A stretch of DNA of 64,000 nucleotides. It comes from an uncultured Candidatus Saccharibacteria bacterium (GTDB lineage: Bacteria > Patescibacteriota > Minisyncoccia > Phycocordibacterales > UBA2100). Below the pieces are notes generated by a model. The model had not been told where the DNA came from, did no database searches, and saw only the letters and a program-made list of their open reading frames with translations. Where the stretch lies: contig CAZZHR010000002.1 of NCBI GenBank assembly GCA_964654205.1, forward strand, positions 1,800 through 65,799. The letters run 5' to 3'. Every line of letters starts with the position of its first letter. Position 1 is the stretch's first letter. Made by a program: the position numbers and the translations under genes. This document shows positions 1 through 9,504 of this stretch, in pieces.

Positions 1-559
1 CGGTCGACGGCTCGCGGACAGGGAGTTCGCCCGCGTCTATGACGAGATCGACGTAGTCCGCCCCCGATCCGAGCTGCGAGAGTATGTCGTCTACTAGCCG
101 CATAGGCTCTGCTCCCGCGCGATTCGCGCTCGTCGCAGTGATAGGGCCGCCGAAGGCGCGTATCATCGAAGAGCAGAACTCGTGTTGCGGTATGCGAAAA
201 CCGAACGTCTCTATCCGTTTCGATATCCCCCTATCGAGTCCCTCCTTTTTATTTGTAATGAAAGTAACCAGTCCCCTCGGCAGCTTGTCGTTGAGGATGC
301 GGGCGAAACCACTCACATCGGTGTAACGGGCGGCCATATCGATGTCTCCCACGATCGAATGCACCGGTTTGCCCTCATCGCGACCCTTTACCTTGAATAT
401 CTTTGCGACCGCTTCGTCGGAGAGCGCGTCGGCACCGAGCCCGTAGAGCGTGTCGGTCGGGTATATCACGACGCCGCCCGCGCGCAACACATCCGCCGCT
501 TTCTGCGCAGCGTCGTGCACGTTCTCGCTCGTAAGCGTAATGCGCTCCATGGCGTTCAT
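1..559 (-). CDS. tsaC: L-threonylcarbamoyladenylate synthase TsaC/YrdC (Sua5 family); C-terminal part runs off the window start
   Basis: Minus-strand translation from ATG (complement of 557-559): MNAMERITLTSENVHDAAQKAADVLRAGGVVIYPTDTLYGLGADAL... The YPTDTxYGLG motif is the YrdC hallmark. Absent from the ORF track because no stop codon falls inside the window. Confidence 0.7.
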   Translation of the reverse strand, partial: MNAMERITLTSENVHDAAQKAADVLRAGGVVIYPTDTLYGLGADALSDEAVAKIFKVKGRDEGKPVHSIVGDIDMAARYTDVSGFARILNDKLPRGLVTFITNKKEGLDRGISKRIETFGFRIPQHEFCSSMIRAFGGPITATSANRAGAEPMRLVDDILSQLGSGADYVDLVIDAGELPVREPST

Positions 560-566
560 ACTACAC

Positions 567-595
567 ATTGAAAACGTCGATATCTATAGGTATAT
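567..595 (+). promoter_or_regulatory. Sigma-70-like promoter for tRNA-Val: TTGAAA, 17-nt spacer, TATATT
   Basis: TTGAAA at 567-572 and TATATT at 590-595, about 10 nt upstream of the tRNA 5' end. Confidence 0.5.
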
Positions 596-605
596 TGTTC
601 CCTAC

Positions 606-677
606 GCGCGCTTAGCTCAGTGGTAGAGCATCGTCTTGACGTGACGAGGGTCGGGGGTTCGATCCCCTCAGCGCGCA
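606..677 (+). tRNA. tRNA-Val (anticodon GAC)
   Basis: Cloverleaf folded by hand. Acceptor stem GCGCGCT/AGCGCGC, D-arm GCTCAGTGGTAGAGC, anticodon stem TCGTC/GACGA with loop TTGACGT (anticodon GAC), T-arm GGGGGTTCGATCCCCC. Discriminator A677; CCA only partly encoded. Confidence 0.85.
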
Positions 678-687
678 CCCAATGTGG

Positions 688-713
688 AAGGCGCCCCTGG
701 TGGGCGCTTTTTG
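688..713 (+). terminator. Rho-independent terminator downstream of tRNA-Val
   Basis: Hairpin aaGGCGCCCctggtGGGCGCttttttg: GC stem followed by a T-run. Confidence 0.7.
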
Positions 714-797
714 CGTTGGGAGCATGGGTCGAAGGCCGGAGGCCGACGGGCCGAGGCGGGGTCGCGCGACTTGGCACCAGCAAAGTACGCATGACCA

Positions 798-815
798 ATC
801 CCCTCAGCGCGCACC
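798..815 (+). repeat. 18-nt direct copy of the tRNA-Val 3' end (atcccctcagcgcgcacc), att-like
   Basis: Exact match to 662-679, the tRNA T-arm/acceptor 3' half. No tRNA 5' half accompanies the second copy. Confidence 0.8.
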
Positions 816-835
816 GAAACGGTATACTAGAGCGT

Positions 836-1348
836 ATGCCAGTTCTCAACACGCGCCATCGCCAGCCGCTTGCGGCACTTTTCTATACGTCTCTCGGGGC
901 GTTCGTCGCGGCGATAGGTATGGTCTATCTCGGTATCATCCTTGTCTCATCGCATGCACTCGATGGGACGCTTCCGCCCGGGCTAAGCGCAACGCTCGTC
1001 ATCGCTATCGTCGTCGTGGCACTTGTTACTATCGCATACCCGGTGTTGCATTATGCACTCCTCTCGTATGAAGTAGGCGAACACGCCCTCTCCGTGTACT
1101 CGGGCGTGATTTTCCGCCAACACGAGACGATAAATTTCAGCCGCATCCAGTCGATAGAAAATGAGCGCGACCCCATCCTCGCACTCTTCGGACTCACGCA
1201 CATGGAAGTGTGGACGGCTTCACCGAACCAGCATGCGTCTTCACCCGCGGCGCGCCCACACCCAGAAACGACTCTCTACCTCTCGCGCGAAATGGCCAAC
1301 GAGCTCAAGAATTTCATGCTCCTTCGTCCGACAAACCTCGGAATCTGA
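836..1348 (+). CDS. Membrane protein with bacterial PH-like domain (YdbS/YdbT bPH_2 family)
   Basis: N-terminal TM helices, then NFSRIQSIENERDPILALFGLTHMEVWTAS, which matches the bPH_2 signature. The ORF-track start at 620 overlaps the tRNA, so an internal ATG at 836 was chosen. Confidence 0.55.
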   Translation: MPVLNTRHRQPLAALFYTSLGAFVAAIGMVYLGIILVSSHALDGTLPPGLSATLVIAIVVVALVTIAYPVLHYALLSYEVGEHALSVYSGVIFRQHETINFSRIQSIENERDPILALFGLTHMEVWTASPNQHASSPAARPHPETTLYLSREMANELKNFMLLRPTNLGI

Positions 1349-1431
1349 CCCATTTCTCAGACTTGTTTATAAGTCGCCATGGCGAGTTATAAACAAGCTC
1401 GTGTTGCAGACGGTCAGGGCTAGGAGCCTGT

Positions 1432-3222
1432 TCAATCCTGCAGGAATCCGCCGGCTTGGTGGCTCCACAATTCCGCATAGATGCCCGCCTTTTTTACGAG
1501 CTCGTCGTGAGTTCCTTGTTCGGTGATGACGCCCTTGTCCATCACGACGATGCGGTCCATCTCGCGCAGGGTCGAGAGTCGGTGCGCGATAGCTATCACG
1601 GTCTTCCCCTGCATGAGTTCTTTGAGCGCAGTTTGAATCGCGACCTCGCTCTCGCTGTCAAGCGCGCTCGTCGCCTCATCGAGCAGAAGAATCGGCGCGT
1701 TCTTGAGGATTGCGCGCGCGATAACAATGCGCTGCCGCTCACCGCCCGAAAGTTTTACGCCCCGCTCGCCGACCATAGATTCGTAGCCAGCAGGCAGACG
1801 TGAGATGAATTCGTGTGCCTGAGCAAGCTTCGCTGCCCGCTCAACTTCCTCAAGGCTCGCGCTCGGATTGCCGTACTGGATGTTCTCTCGGATGGTGCGG
1901 TGGAAGAGGAGAGGTTCCTGCGGGACCACGGATATCGCGCTCCGCAGACTTTCTTGCGTCACCGTCGCAATATCCGTGCCGTCGATGAGTATGCGCCCAC
2001 CGTCGAGGTCGTGATGGCGCAGAATGAGCCGGATGAGTGTAGATTTGCCTGCGCCGCTGCGACCCACAAGTCCCACGCGCTCGCCCGCAGATATCTTGAG
2101 GTTGAGGCCGTTGAAAACGCCGTTCTCACCGTAGCGGAACGTCGCATCGTCAAAATTGATACTGCAGCTCTTCAACTGAAGCTGCGCAGCCCCCGGCGCA
2201 TCCGGTATCTCGTGCGGGGCGATTATCTCCTCGAGGCTCTCGCGGATTTCACCCCAGATTTCGGCGAATCGGTTGAAGTTGGAGCCAAGCGACTGGAGCT
2301 GGCCTTCGATGCGGAATATCACGGTGAGGACGAGGACGATGTCACCGAGCGAGAGGAGCCCAGACTGCGCGAGCTGGATGGTCATGAATACCATCGCGCC
2401 GCCGAATACGGCGAGTAGGAGACCATTGTAGAGCCTCGTCCACTCGCCGAAGTACCAGCTTTTCAGGTGCGCAACCCGGTGGTTTTCAATCGAGCTCTTG
2501 ATGCGCTCGATCTCGAATTCACGCCTGGCATATTCTTGCATCGCGCTTACATTTGTCAGCAAATCGACAGTGACCCCATTGAGGTGCGTACCCAGGTTGT
2601 GTGCGCGTACTGCAAGAGGGACACGCTTGAGCCCCAGATACGCATTGAGCGCAAGAATGAGGCAAATCCACGCAATGAAGATGGCAGCAACGAGTGGACT
2701 CGTGAGCCACACGAGTATGATACTCACGATCGCGGTGATACCGACCTCCAGAAAATCCCACAAGAAAACGTCCACGACGTCGCGCATCCCGGATGATGCA
2801 TGTCGGATTTTATTCATCAAAGAGCCGCCGAATCTATCGGAAAAGTACGCACGGCTGTGGAGCGTGATATACGAGCTGAGTGCGTAGCGCCCCGTGGCCG
2901 ATGCCCCGGTCGCCCAACGTGCGGCGGAGAACCCGCTCGTGCGCCAAATGAGCTTGGAGAAGAAGAGAATCGCGATGTAAAGCACGCTCGCGCCGACAAG
3001 CGCGTCGTAGGCGCCCCCCTGGACGATGACGTTGGCACCTTCGACAACGAGCTTGAACACGTACGGCGTAAACGCGACGATGACGTTGGCGGTGACGGCG
3101 AGCCCGAACGCGATGAGCGCCGCCTTCCAGTGCGGTACCGATGCGAAAAGAAAGAAGCGGAGCGGACTTGTGCTCATGGGTGGATTGTCGCGCCACATGT
3201 ATTTGTTCTTGACTGAATCCAT
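1432..3222 (-). CDS. ABC transporter, fused permease/ATPase (MsbA-like exporter)
   Basis: N-terminal six-TM region; Walker A GRSGAGKST; ABC signature LSGGERQRIVIARAI; Walker B ILLLDEATSALD. Confidence 0.85.
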   Translation of the reverse strand: MDSVKNKYMWRDNPPMSTSPLRFFLFASVPHWKAALIAFGLAVTANVIVAFTPYVFKLVVEGANVIVQGGAYDALVGASVLYIAILFFSKLIWRTSGFSAARWATGASATGRYALSSYITLHSRAYFSDRFGGSLMNKIRHASSGMRDVVDVFLWDFLEVGITAIVSIILVWLTSPLVAAIFIAWICLILALNAYLGLKRVPLAVRAHNLGTHLNGVTVDLLTNVSAMQEYARREFEIERIKSSIENHRVAHLKSWYFGEWTRLYNGLLLAVFGGAMVFMTIQLAQSGLLSLGDIVLVLTVIFRIEGQLQSLGSNFNRFAEIWGEIRESLEEIIAPHEIPDAPGAAQLQLKSCSINFDDATFRYGENGVFNGLNLKISAGERVGLVGRSGAGKSTLIRLILRHHDLDGGRILIDGTDIATVTQESLRSAISVVPQEPLLFHRTIRENIQYGNPSASLEEVERAAKLAQAHEFISRLPAGYESMVGERGVKLSGGERQRIVIARAILKNAPILLLDEATSALDSESEVAIQTALKELMQGKTVIAIAHRLSTLREMDRIVVMDKGVITEQGTHDELVKKAGIYAELWSHQAGGFLQD

Positions 3223-3280
3223 AGGAGTGAAATTTGCTTGATTCTAGCCGAAAATAGCGGTCTGAGCTATCCTGCTGTGC

Positions 3281-4483
3281 ATGCGCATCCTCGGCATTGA
3301 AACATCGTGCGACGAAACGGCCGTGTGTCTAATTGAAGCTCAGGGAACCGGTGCGGACTTTTCTTATACAGTTCTCGGCAACGCGCTCTTGTCGCAAGCT
3401 GCGCTTCACGCTCAGTATGGCGGCGTCTTTCCGAATCTGGCGAAGCGCGAGCACGCGAAGAACCTCGTGCCACTGCTCGAGGAAACACTGCGGCAAGCGG
3501 GAGTACTCAACATCACATCGAAGCCTACCGACGTATCGGAAATTTTGCCCCTCAAAGACCTCCTCTCTCGCGAAGAAGAGCTCTTCAAGACACTTAGCGC
3601 CCACGTACTGCGCTATGAGAAAACGGATATCGATGCAATCGCCGTGACAGCGGGCCCCGGCCTCGAGCCGGCGCTCTGGGTGGGCATCAATTTCGCGAAG
3701 GCGCTCTCACAGCTTTGGGGCGCCCCACTAGTCGCGGTAAACCACATGGAAGGCCACGTCATCATGCCCATGATGGAACACCCGCACATACCCAAGTATA
3801 TGCGGGTGTCTGGTGGTATGCGGGAATTCAATTGGCCGGTGTTGAGTCTCCTGATTTCCGGTGGGCATACAGAACTCGTGCTATCAGAATCATTCGGACA
3901 GTACAAAAGAATCGGCGAGACGCGCGACGACGCAGCCGGTGAAGCATTCGACAAAGTCGCGCGGCTTATGGACCTTCCCTACCCGGGCGGACCGCAAATC
4001 AGTCGCCTTGCCGCAGACGCGCGAACGAAAGGTATTGAGTCTGATTTCACATTCACTCGCCCGATGCTCAAAGAAGATAATTATGACTTTTCGTTCTCCG
4101 GGCTCAAGAATGCTGTGCGACTCCAGGTCGAGAAAATGCAGCCTCTCGATGAAGAAAAGAAAATGGCGATTGCCCGCGAGTTCGAGGACTGCGTTGCAGA
4201 GACGCTTATCGAGAAAACCATGCGCGCTGCCGACGAATACGGCGCAAAGACGCTTGTAGTGGGCGGCGGCGTCTCGGCGAACACCCGCATCCGCGAGCTC
4301 CTCGCCGAGCGCGTCGCTCGTGATGGTATCGTCGAAAAGGTACTCGCGCCTGCGGCCGAACTCGCGACCGACAACGCGCTCATGATTGCGCTTGCCGGAT
4401 ATTTCCACGCCGAACGCGGCGAATTTGCACCGCCCGATACACTCGTCGCGGGCGGTAACCTGAGGCTAGAAACAGCGCTCTAA
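3281..4483 (+). CDS. tsaD: tRNA N6-adenosine threonylcarbamoyltransferase TsaD (Kae1/Gcp family), with internal insertion
   Basis: MRILGIETSCDETAVCL..., HMEGH metal-binding motif, SGGV..N and C-terminal GGGVSAN. 400 aa against about 340, with extra residues around HPHIPKYMRVSGGMREF. Confidence 0.85.
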   Translation: MRILGIETSCDETAVCLIEAQGTGADFSYTVLGNALLSQAALHAQYGGVFPNLAKREHAKNLVPLLEETLRQAGVLNITSKPTDVSEILPLKDLLSREEELFKTLSAHVLRYEKTDIDAIAVTAGPGLEPALWVGINFAKALSQLWGAPLVAVNHMEGHVIMPMMEHPHIPKYMRVSGGMREFNWPVLSLLISGGHTELVLSESFGQYKRIGETRDDAAGEAFDKVARLMDLPYPGGPQISRLAADARTKGIESDFTFTRPMLKEDNYDFSFSGLKNAVRLQVEKMQPLDEEKKMAIAREFEDCVAETLIEKTMRAADEYGAKTLVVGGGVSANTRIRELLAERVARDGIVEKVLAPAAELATDNALMIALAGYFHAERGEFAPPDTLVAGGNLRLETAL

Positions 4484-4503
4484 GACTGCTACGATACGTC
4501 GAT

Positions 4504-6723
4504 ATGGAGCCATCGCCTGCCCAGCCAGGGAAAGCCCCTGAGCCATTTCTAAAGCCATACGACCCGACTGCCTCGGAACCAGTGGTCAACGAACTCTGGG
4601 AGAAAAGCGGGTACGCAAATCCGGATGTCTGCATCGAAAAGGGTGTCACAAAGCCGGATGCCGATCCCTACACCATCGTCCTCCCTCCGCCGAACGTAAC
4701 TGGTACGCTCCACATGGGTCACGCGGCGATGCTCGCCATCGAGGACATCCTTATCCGCTACCACCGCATGCGCGGATACAAGACCCTGTGGATTCCCGGC
4801 ACCGACAGCGCCGCCATCGCGACGCAGGCAAAAGTAGAAGACGAGCTCTACAAGAAAGAGAAGAAGACGCGGCATGACTTGGGGCGCGATGAGCTCATGA
4901 AGCGCATCGATGCGTTTACCGACGAGAGCAAGAACATCATCATCAATCAGCTCAAGAGAATGGGTAGTTCACTCGATTGGAGCCGCTACGCATACACAAT
5001 GGACGAGCCAAGGTACAAGGCGGTGATGGAAGCATTTGTGCGCATGTACGACGCGGGGCTGATATATCGCGGCAACAGAATCGTGAACTGGGACCCGAAG
5101 CTCCAGACCACCGTGAGCGACGATGAGATTGAGTACGTCGAGAAAACCGACCCCTTCTACTATTTCCAGTACGGCCCCTTCGTTATAGGCACTGTGCGTC
5201 CCGAGACGAAATTTGGCGACAAGTACGTCGTGATGCACCCGGGCGATGAGCGGTACAAAGAGTACTCGCACGGCCAGACTATTGAGCTCGAGTGGATCAA
5301 CGGACCAATTACCGCCACTGTGATTAAAGACGAGGCCGTCGACCCCGAGGCCGGCTCCGGCGTCATGACGATAACCCCCGCGCACTCCAGCATCGACTTC
5401 GAGATTGCGCAGCGGCACAAGCTCGACATCGAGCCAGTAATCGATGAGCGCGGCATCTTGCTCCCTATCGCGGGCGAATTCGCGGGGCAGCACATCAAAA
5501 AAGCGCGCGCGCTGATTGTAGAGAAGCTGCAAAAGAAAGGCCTTGTTGTGAAAGTGGACGAAAAGTACGTCCACAATGTCGCGACCAACAGCCGCGGTGG
5601 TGGGACGATAGAGCCACAGATAAAAAAGCAGTGGTTTATCGCTGTAGCAAAGCCAGCGAAATTTCCCGATGGCAAGACCCGGACGCTCAAAGAGTGGATG
5701 CGCGAGGCGGTAGAAAGCGGCCAGACGAAAATTACGCCCGAACGCTACGAGCGCATCTACTATCACTGGATAGACAACCTCCGCGACTGGAACATTTCGC
5801 GCCAGATTTGGTTTGGCCACCGCATTCCCGCATGGTTTCGTGGCGATGAGGTTAAAGTGCAACTTGACCCGCCGGTTGGCGGACCGGGTGCAGAATGGCA
5901 GCAGGATCCCGACGTACTCGACACGTGGTTCTCATCAGGGCTCTGGACCTTTTCCACGCTCGGTTGGCCGGATGACAATGCAGACCTCAAGACATTCCAT
6001 CCAACATCGGTACTCGAAACTGGCTACGACATCCTCTTCTTCTGGGTCGCGCGCATGGTGCTCATGTCCGGATTCTTGCGGGGTGAAGTCCCCTTCCGCC
6101 AGGTCTACCTGCACGGGCTTGTGCGCGACGGACAGGGACGGAAAATGTCGAAGAGCCTCGGCAACATCATCGACCCGCTCGACATGATAAAGAAGTACGG
6201 CGCCGACGCGACGCGCCTCTCACTTATCGCTGGCTCTGCCCCCGGCACCGACCTCAAGCTTTCCGAAGACAAGGTCCGCGGGTACAAGAATTTCGCAAAC
6301 AAATTGTGGAACATCACGCGCTTTGTGTTGGAGAATCAGGACACTCAAGGTCCGACCTTGGGAATTCAAAAAGGTCGGACCTTGCACCCGGGGGACGAGC
6401 GAATTATAAACTTCGCGATCGGCGCGGCGATGCAAGCCGCGGCGGATATCGATAACTTCAGATTAGATATCGCTCTTGACCGTCTGTACCATGTCGTTTG
6501 GGACGAGTTTGCCGCAAAGACCCTTGAAGAGAGCAAGCCGATACTCAAGGGCGACGACAAGGCCGCGGCCGCGTCTCGAAGCGCTGCGCTCTACGAAGCA
6601 CTCGTCATTTACCTCAAAGCTCTTCACCCCTTCATGCCCTTCGTCACCGAAGCCATTTGGCAGCAATTGCCCAAGAAGGAATCCGACCTCCTCATGGTCG
6701 CAAAGTGGCCCCTGCTTCGCTAA
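4504..6723 (+). CDS. valS: Valine--tRNA ligase (compact, 739 aa)
   Basis: PPPNVTGTLHMGHA (HIGH motif, ValRS-type context) and KMSKSLGN; editing-domain-like middle region; lacks the long C-terminal coiled coil. Confidence 0.8.
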   Translation: MEPSPAQPGKAPEPFLKPYDPTASEPVVNELWEKSGYANPDVCIEKGVTKPDADPYTIVLPPPNVTGTLHMGHAAMLAIEDILIRYHRMRGYKTLWIPGTDSAAIATQAKVEDELYKKEKKTRHDLGRDELMKRIDAFTDESKNIIINQLKRMGSSLDWSRYAYTMDEPRYKAVMEAFVRMYDAGLIYRGNRIVNWDPKLQTTVSDDEIEYVEKTDPFYYFQYGPFVIGTVRPETKFGDKYVVMHPGDERYKEYSHGQTIELEWINGPITATVIKDEAVDPEAGSGVMTITPAHSSIDFEIAQRHKLDIEPVIDERGILLPIAGEFAGQHIKKARALIVEKLQKKGLVVKVDEKYVHNVATNSRGGGTIEPQIKKQWFIAVAKPAKFPDGKTRTLKEWMREAVESGQTKITPERYERIYYHWIDNLRDWNISRQIWFGHRIPAWFRGDEVKVQLDPPVGGPGAEWQQDPDVLDTWFSSGLWTFSTLGWPDDNADLKTFHPTSVLETGYDILFFWVARMVLMSGFLRGEVPFRQVYLHGLVRDGQGRKMSKSLGNIIDPLDMIKKYGADATRLSLIAGSAPGTDLKLSEDKVRGYKNFANKLWNITRFVLENQDTQGPTLGIQKGRTLHPGDERIINFAIGAAMQAAADIDNFRLDIALDRLYHVVWDEFAAKTLEESKPILKGDDKAAAASRSAALYEALVIYLKALHPFMPFVTEAIWQQLPKKESDLLMVAKWPLLR

Positions 6724-6765
6724 AGCTACGCAGGGCAGGCATAAAAACACATATATAATAGTCGA

Positions 6766-7488
6766 ATGCAGGAATTGCTCACGGTACTTGCTGCAGCCGC
6801 CGGCGGCGTGCTGCCGGCTCTCGCCTGGCTATGGTTCTGGCGACGCGAGGACAGTGCGCATCCGGAACCTCGCCGACTTATCGCCCTCGCCTTCTTTGCC
6901 GGCATGCTCACGGTAGCCGCCGTAATCCCGCTTCAGAAGCTGACCGCCGCATACATTAGCGAAGCGTATTTCTTTGTCGGGATTCTTTCGATTCAGACCC
7001 TGATTTTTACAGCCTGGTCTATCATCGAGGAAGTGGCTAAGTTTGTGTTCGCATATTTTACCGTCTTGCGCCGACGCGAAGACGACGAGCCGATAGACCC
7101 CGTGATTTACATGGTGACCGTCGCGCTTGGCTTTGCAGCCGCCGAGAACACCCTATTCCTCCTCTCCCCTCTCGCGGGAGATAGCCTCGTGCAGACTGTA
7201 ATGACGGGTAACTTGCGTTTTGTGGGTGCAACGCTGCTCCACATCCTCGCTTCAGCGGTTATCGGCGTCATGATGGGCTTTGCGTTTTATGAGAAAAGGC
7301 GTGTGCGCGTGTGGTACACGACCATCGGTGTTATCCTCGCCTGTGTTTTGCACGCCGCATTTAACTTTTTTATACTGAATACCGACGAGAGCGACCTCCT
7401 GCGCACCTTCGCCTTCGTCTGGCTGGGAGTCATACTACTCCTCGCTATCCTTGAATTTGTGAAGAGACTCCGCCCACGCTGGCGGTAA
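6766..7488 (+). CDS. PrsW-family intramembrane metalloprotease (CPBP-like)
   Basis: Polytopic membrane protein with the ordered motifs EEVAK (EExxK), FAAAEN (FxxxEN) and HAAFN (HxxxN). Confidence 0.55.
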   Translation: MQELLTVLAAAAGGVLPALAWLWFWRREDSAHPEPRRLIALAFFAGMLTVAAVIPLQKLTAAYISEAYFFVGILSIQTLIFTAWSIIEEVAKFVFAYFTVLRRREDDEPIDPVIYMVTVALGFAAAENTLFLLSPLAGDSLVQTVMTGNLRFVGATLLHILASAVIGVMMGFAFYEKRRVRVWYTTIGVILACVLHAAFNFFILNTDESDLLRTFAFVWLGVILLLAILEFVKRLRPRWR

Positions 7489-7505
7489 GGTGCTATCATA
7501 TACCC

Positions 7506-7991
7506 ATGATGAAATTCTTCTCAAAACTCACCGGCTCAGCCCAAGACTACGACGATTTTTTTGACGAGCCCGGCGGAGAGAAAACCCGATTCGAAGGCAA
7601 GGGCGAAGAGCGCCACGCACACATCACGCCTCGAGAGGAGTCGTGGACGCCCGAGGAGCCGGGAGGTGAGCTCGCGGTAGACGTGTACCAGACCCCTGAC
7701 AACATCGTCATCAAGGCACTCGTCGCAGGCGTGCAGCCTCAATCCATCGATATCTCTCTTACTCGTGAGATGGTGACCATCTCCGGCCAGCGCCAAGATG
7801 AAAAGGAAGTCGAGGAAGAGGACTACTTCCAGAAAGAGCTCTTCTGGGGCGCGTTCACCCGCACGATTCTCCTCCCCGAAGAAGTCGATGTAGACCTCGC
7901 GGAAGCGAGCGAGAAACACGGCATCCTGATGATTCGCCTACCCAAAATCAACAAAAAGCGCCAGACCAAGCTCAAAGTCCGCGCACGATAG
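7506..7991 (+). CDS. Small heat-shock protein, Hsp20/alpha-crystallin family
   Basis: Alpha-crystallin domain: VDVYQTPDNIVIKALVAGVQPQSIDISL...GAFTRTILLPEEVDVDLAEASEKHGILMIRLPK. Confidence 0.8.
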   Translation: MMKFFSKLTGSAQDYDDFFDEPGGEKTRFEGKGEERHAHITPREESWTPEEPGGELAVDVYQTPDNIVIKALVAGVQPQSIDISLTREMVTISGQRQDEKEVEEEDYFQKELFWGAFTRTILLPEEVDVDLAEASEKHGILMIRLPKINKKRQTKLKVRAR

Positions 7992-7992
7992 C

Positions 7993-8487
7993 ATGAAGCG
8001 CTTTTTTGCAGCGCTCGTTGCTTCACTTCTCCTCCTCCCCTCCTTCTCGCTCGCGGCCACCTGCATCGAGCGCAATGAAGAATGCTCTCTCGGGGAGCTC
8101 ATGGAGATAAACACAAGCGCGCGGGAAATCGGCCTTGCTCCTCATGAACACATCGCGGTGCTGCTCGAAATCATTTCCAACCTCCGCCGCATTATCACGA
8201 CGTTCCATGCCAACAAGGAAATCATCTACTGCGTGGACCTCAAGCACGACCTCAGGCCTGGCGCGACCGATGCGAAGACAGACGGGGGCGTGAGTACGCT
8301 GCAATTCTTCCTCACAAGCCAACGCGTCTACGACGGGCTCGTGACCGGCTACTACGGCACCGCGACCGCGGAGGCTGTATACGCTTGGCAACAACAGAAC
8401 AGCATCGAAGGCGTCACTCTGAGTACGGGCGCGGGACCTCTCACGAGAGCAAAGATACGCGCCGCAACCTGCGCGCTCGTGCAATAG
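7993..8487 (+). CDS. Secreted protein with C-terminal peptidoglycan-binding domain (PG_binding_1-like)
   Basis: Signal peptide MKRFFAALVASLLLLPSFSLA; C-terminus LQFFL..YDGLVTGYYGTATAEAVYAWQQQNSIEGVTLSTGAGPLT matches the PG_binding_1 pattern. Confidence 0.65.
   Translation: MKRFFAALVASLLLLPSFSLAATCIERNEECSLGELMEINTSAREIGLAPHEHIAVLLEIISNLRRIITTFHANKEIIYCVDLKHDLRPGATDAKTDGGVSTLQFFLTSQRVYDGLVTGYYGTATAEAVYAWQQQNSIEGVTLSTGAGPLTRAKIRAATCALVQ
8315..8369 (+). repeat. Core repeat, copy L (47 nt identical plus 7 of the next 8) shared with 9509-9563
   Basis: caagccaacgcgtctacgacgggctcgtgaccggctactacggcacc is identical at both sites; the sequence diverges downstream. Confidence 0.85.
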
Positions 8488-8534
8488 AGAAAAGCAGGGG
8501 GCGCGGCCCCATTCGATAGCCGCGCCCCAAGGTC

Positions 8535-9440
8535 TCACCAACCAGCGAGTCTGCGAACCTCGTTCACCATGCAAACCGCGTGACCTGGCTTACAGTCTGA
8601 CTTGAACGACCTGTCCGGCGTCAGGCCGGAACCCTGTACTTTCTCGCCGCCAGCAGTCCACTCGCCGCAGGTGATCACCGTATAGAATCCGCCGTGCGCA
8701 CTCGACGCGTGCGGGAGAGCACACTGAATGATTCCCTTCCCATACGTCTGTCTGCCGAGGATCGCACTCTGCTTCGGATAAAAATCGAAGCGAATGAGTG
8801 CGACGAGCCACTCAGCGGCAGAGGCAGACTTTTCGTCGGCGACAAGCACATACGTGAGGCCGGCGAGTACTCCCACCCGCTTCGATGTGTACCCCTTCCG
8901 CGTCGCGTCGTCTGCGCCGCTCGCTTGCATGTAGGTGATGCCCACAGCGGGCACGAAGAAGTCCTCGACTATCGCTGCGAGGAGCCCCTTCACGCCGCCC
9001 GGGTTGTCACGCACATCGACCACCACAACAGACGGGCGATTCTTGGCAAGAACGCTCTCGGTGTGGTACTGGAGACGGAGGGATTGGTGCACATTGCCGT
9101 AGAAGTGGGGGATTCTGATGTAGAGAAAATCCCCCACACTCTCAACGTGCGGATCCCCTTCGGGTTTTGCACGCTTCGGCCGTACGTGCAAGGTCGAGGC
9201 TGCGTCGAGACAACCCATCTCTCGCATGCGCGAATCGACCTCCTTCATCCAATCGAAGAAGGCCCAAGGATATACCGCGAGTGCATTCCGAAGGACACGA
9301 ACACACTGCGCTCGCTTGTGGGCGGGCAGGTAGACCGTGCGCTCGTACGCGCGGAGCAGCTGTTCGGTATCGAACGCACGGGCATACCCTGCCCCCGACA
9401 GCACATGCAGGCAGACGGCGAGCAACAGCACGATACGCAT
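8535..9440 (-). CDS. S41-family peptidase (C-terminal processing / tail-specific protease-like), secreted
   Basis: Signal peptide; VVVDVRDNPGG (S41 IIDLRxNxGG motif); catalytic Ser context ADEKSASAAEW; Lys in TYGKG; RBS GGGAGA. Confidence 0.7.
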   Translation of the reverse strand: MRIVLLLAVCLHVLSGAGYARAFDTEQLLRAYERTVYLPAHKRAQCVRVLRNALAVYPWAFFDWMKEVDSRMREMGCLDAASTLHVRPKRAKPEGDPHVESVGDFLYIRIPHFYGNVHQSLRLQYHTESVLAKNRPSVVVVDVRDNPGGVKGLLAAIVEDFFVPAVGITYMQASGADDATRKGYTSKRVGVLAGLTYVLVADEKSASAAEWLVALIRFDFYPKQSAILGRQTYGKGIIQCALPHASSAHGGFYTVITCGEWTAGGEKVQGSGLTPDRSFKSDCKPGHAVCMVNEVRRLAGW

Positions 9441-9504
9441 GGTGTTTCTCCCCTATGAGGCCGTAATGGCCTTTTCCATGACCATTTAAGCGCATCTGTG
9501 GCGC

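Noticed and set aside
620-835. Upstream extension of the bPH-domain ORF to 620
   Set aside because: It would overlap the tRNA-Val gene and its terminator; the internal ATG at 836, after the tRNA-fragment repeat, is more plausible.
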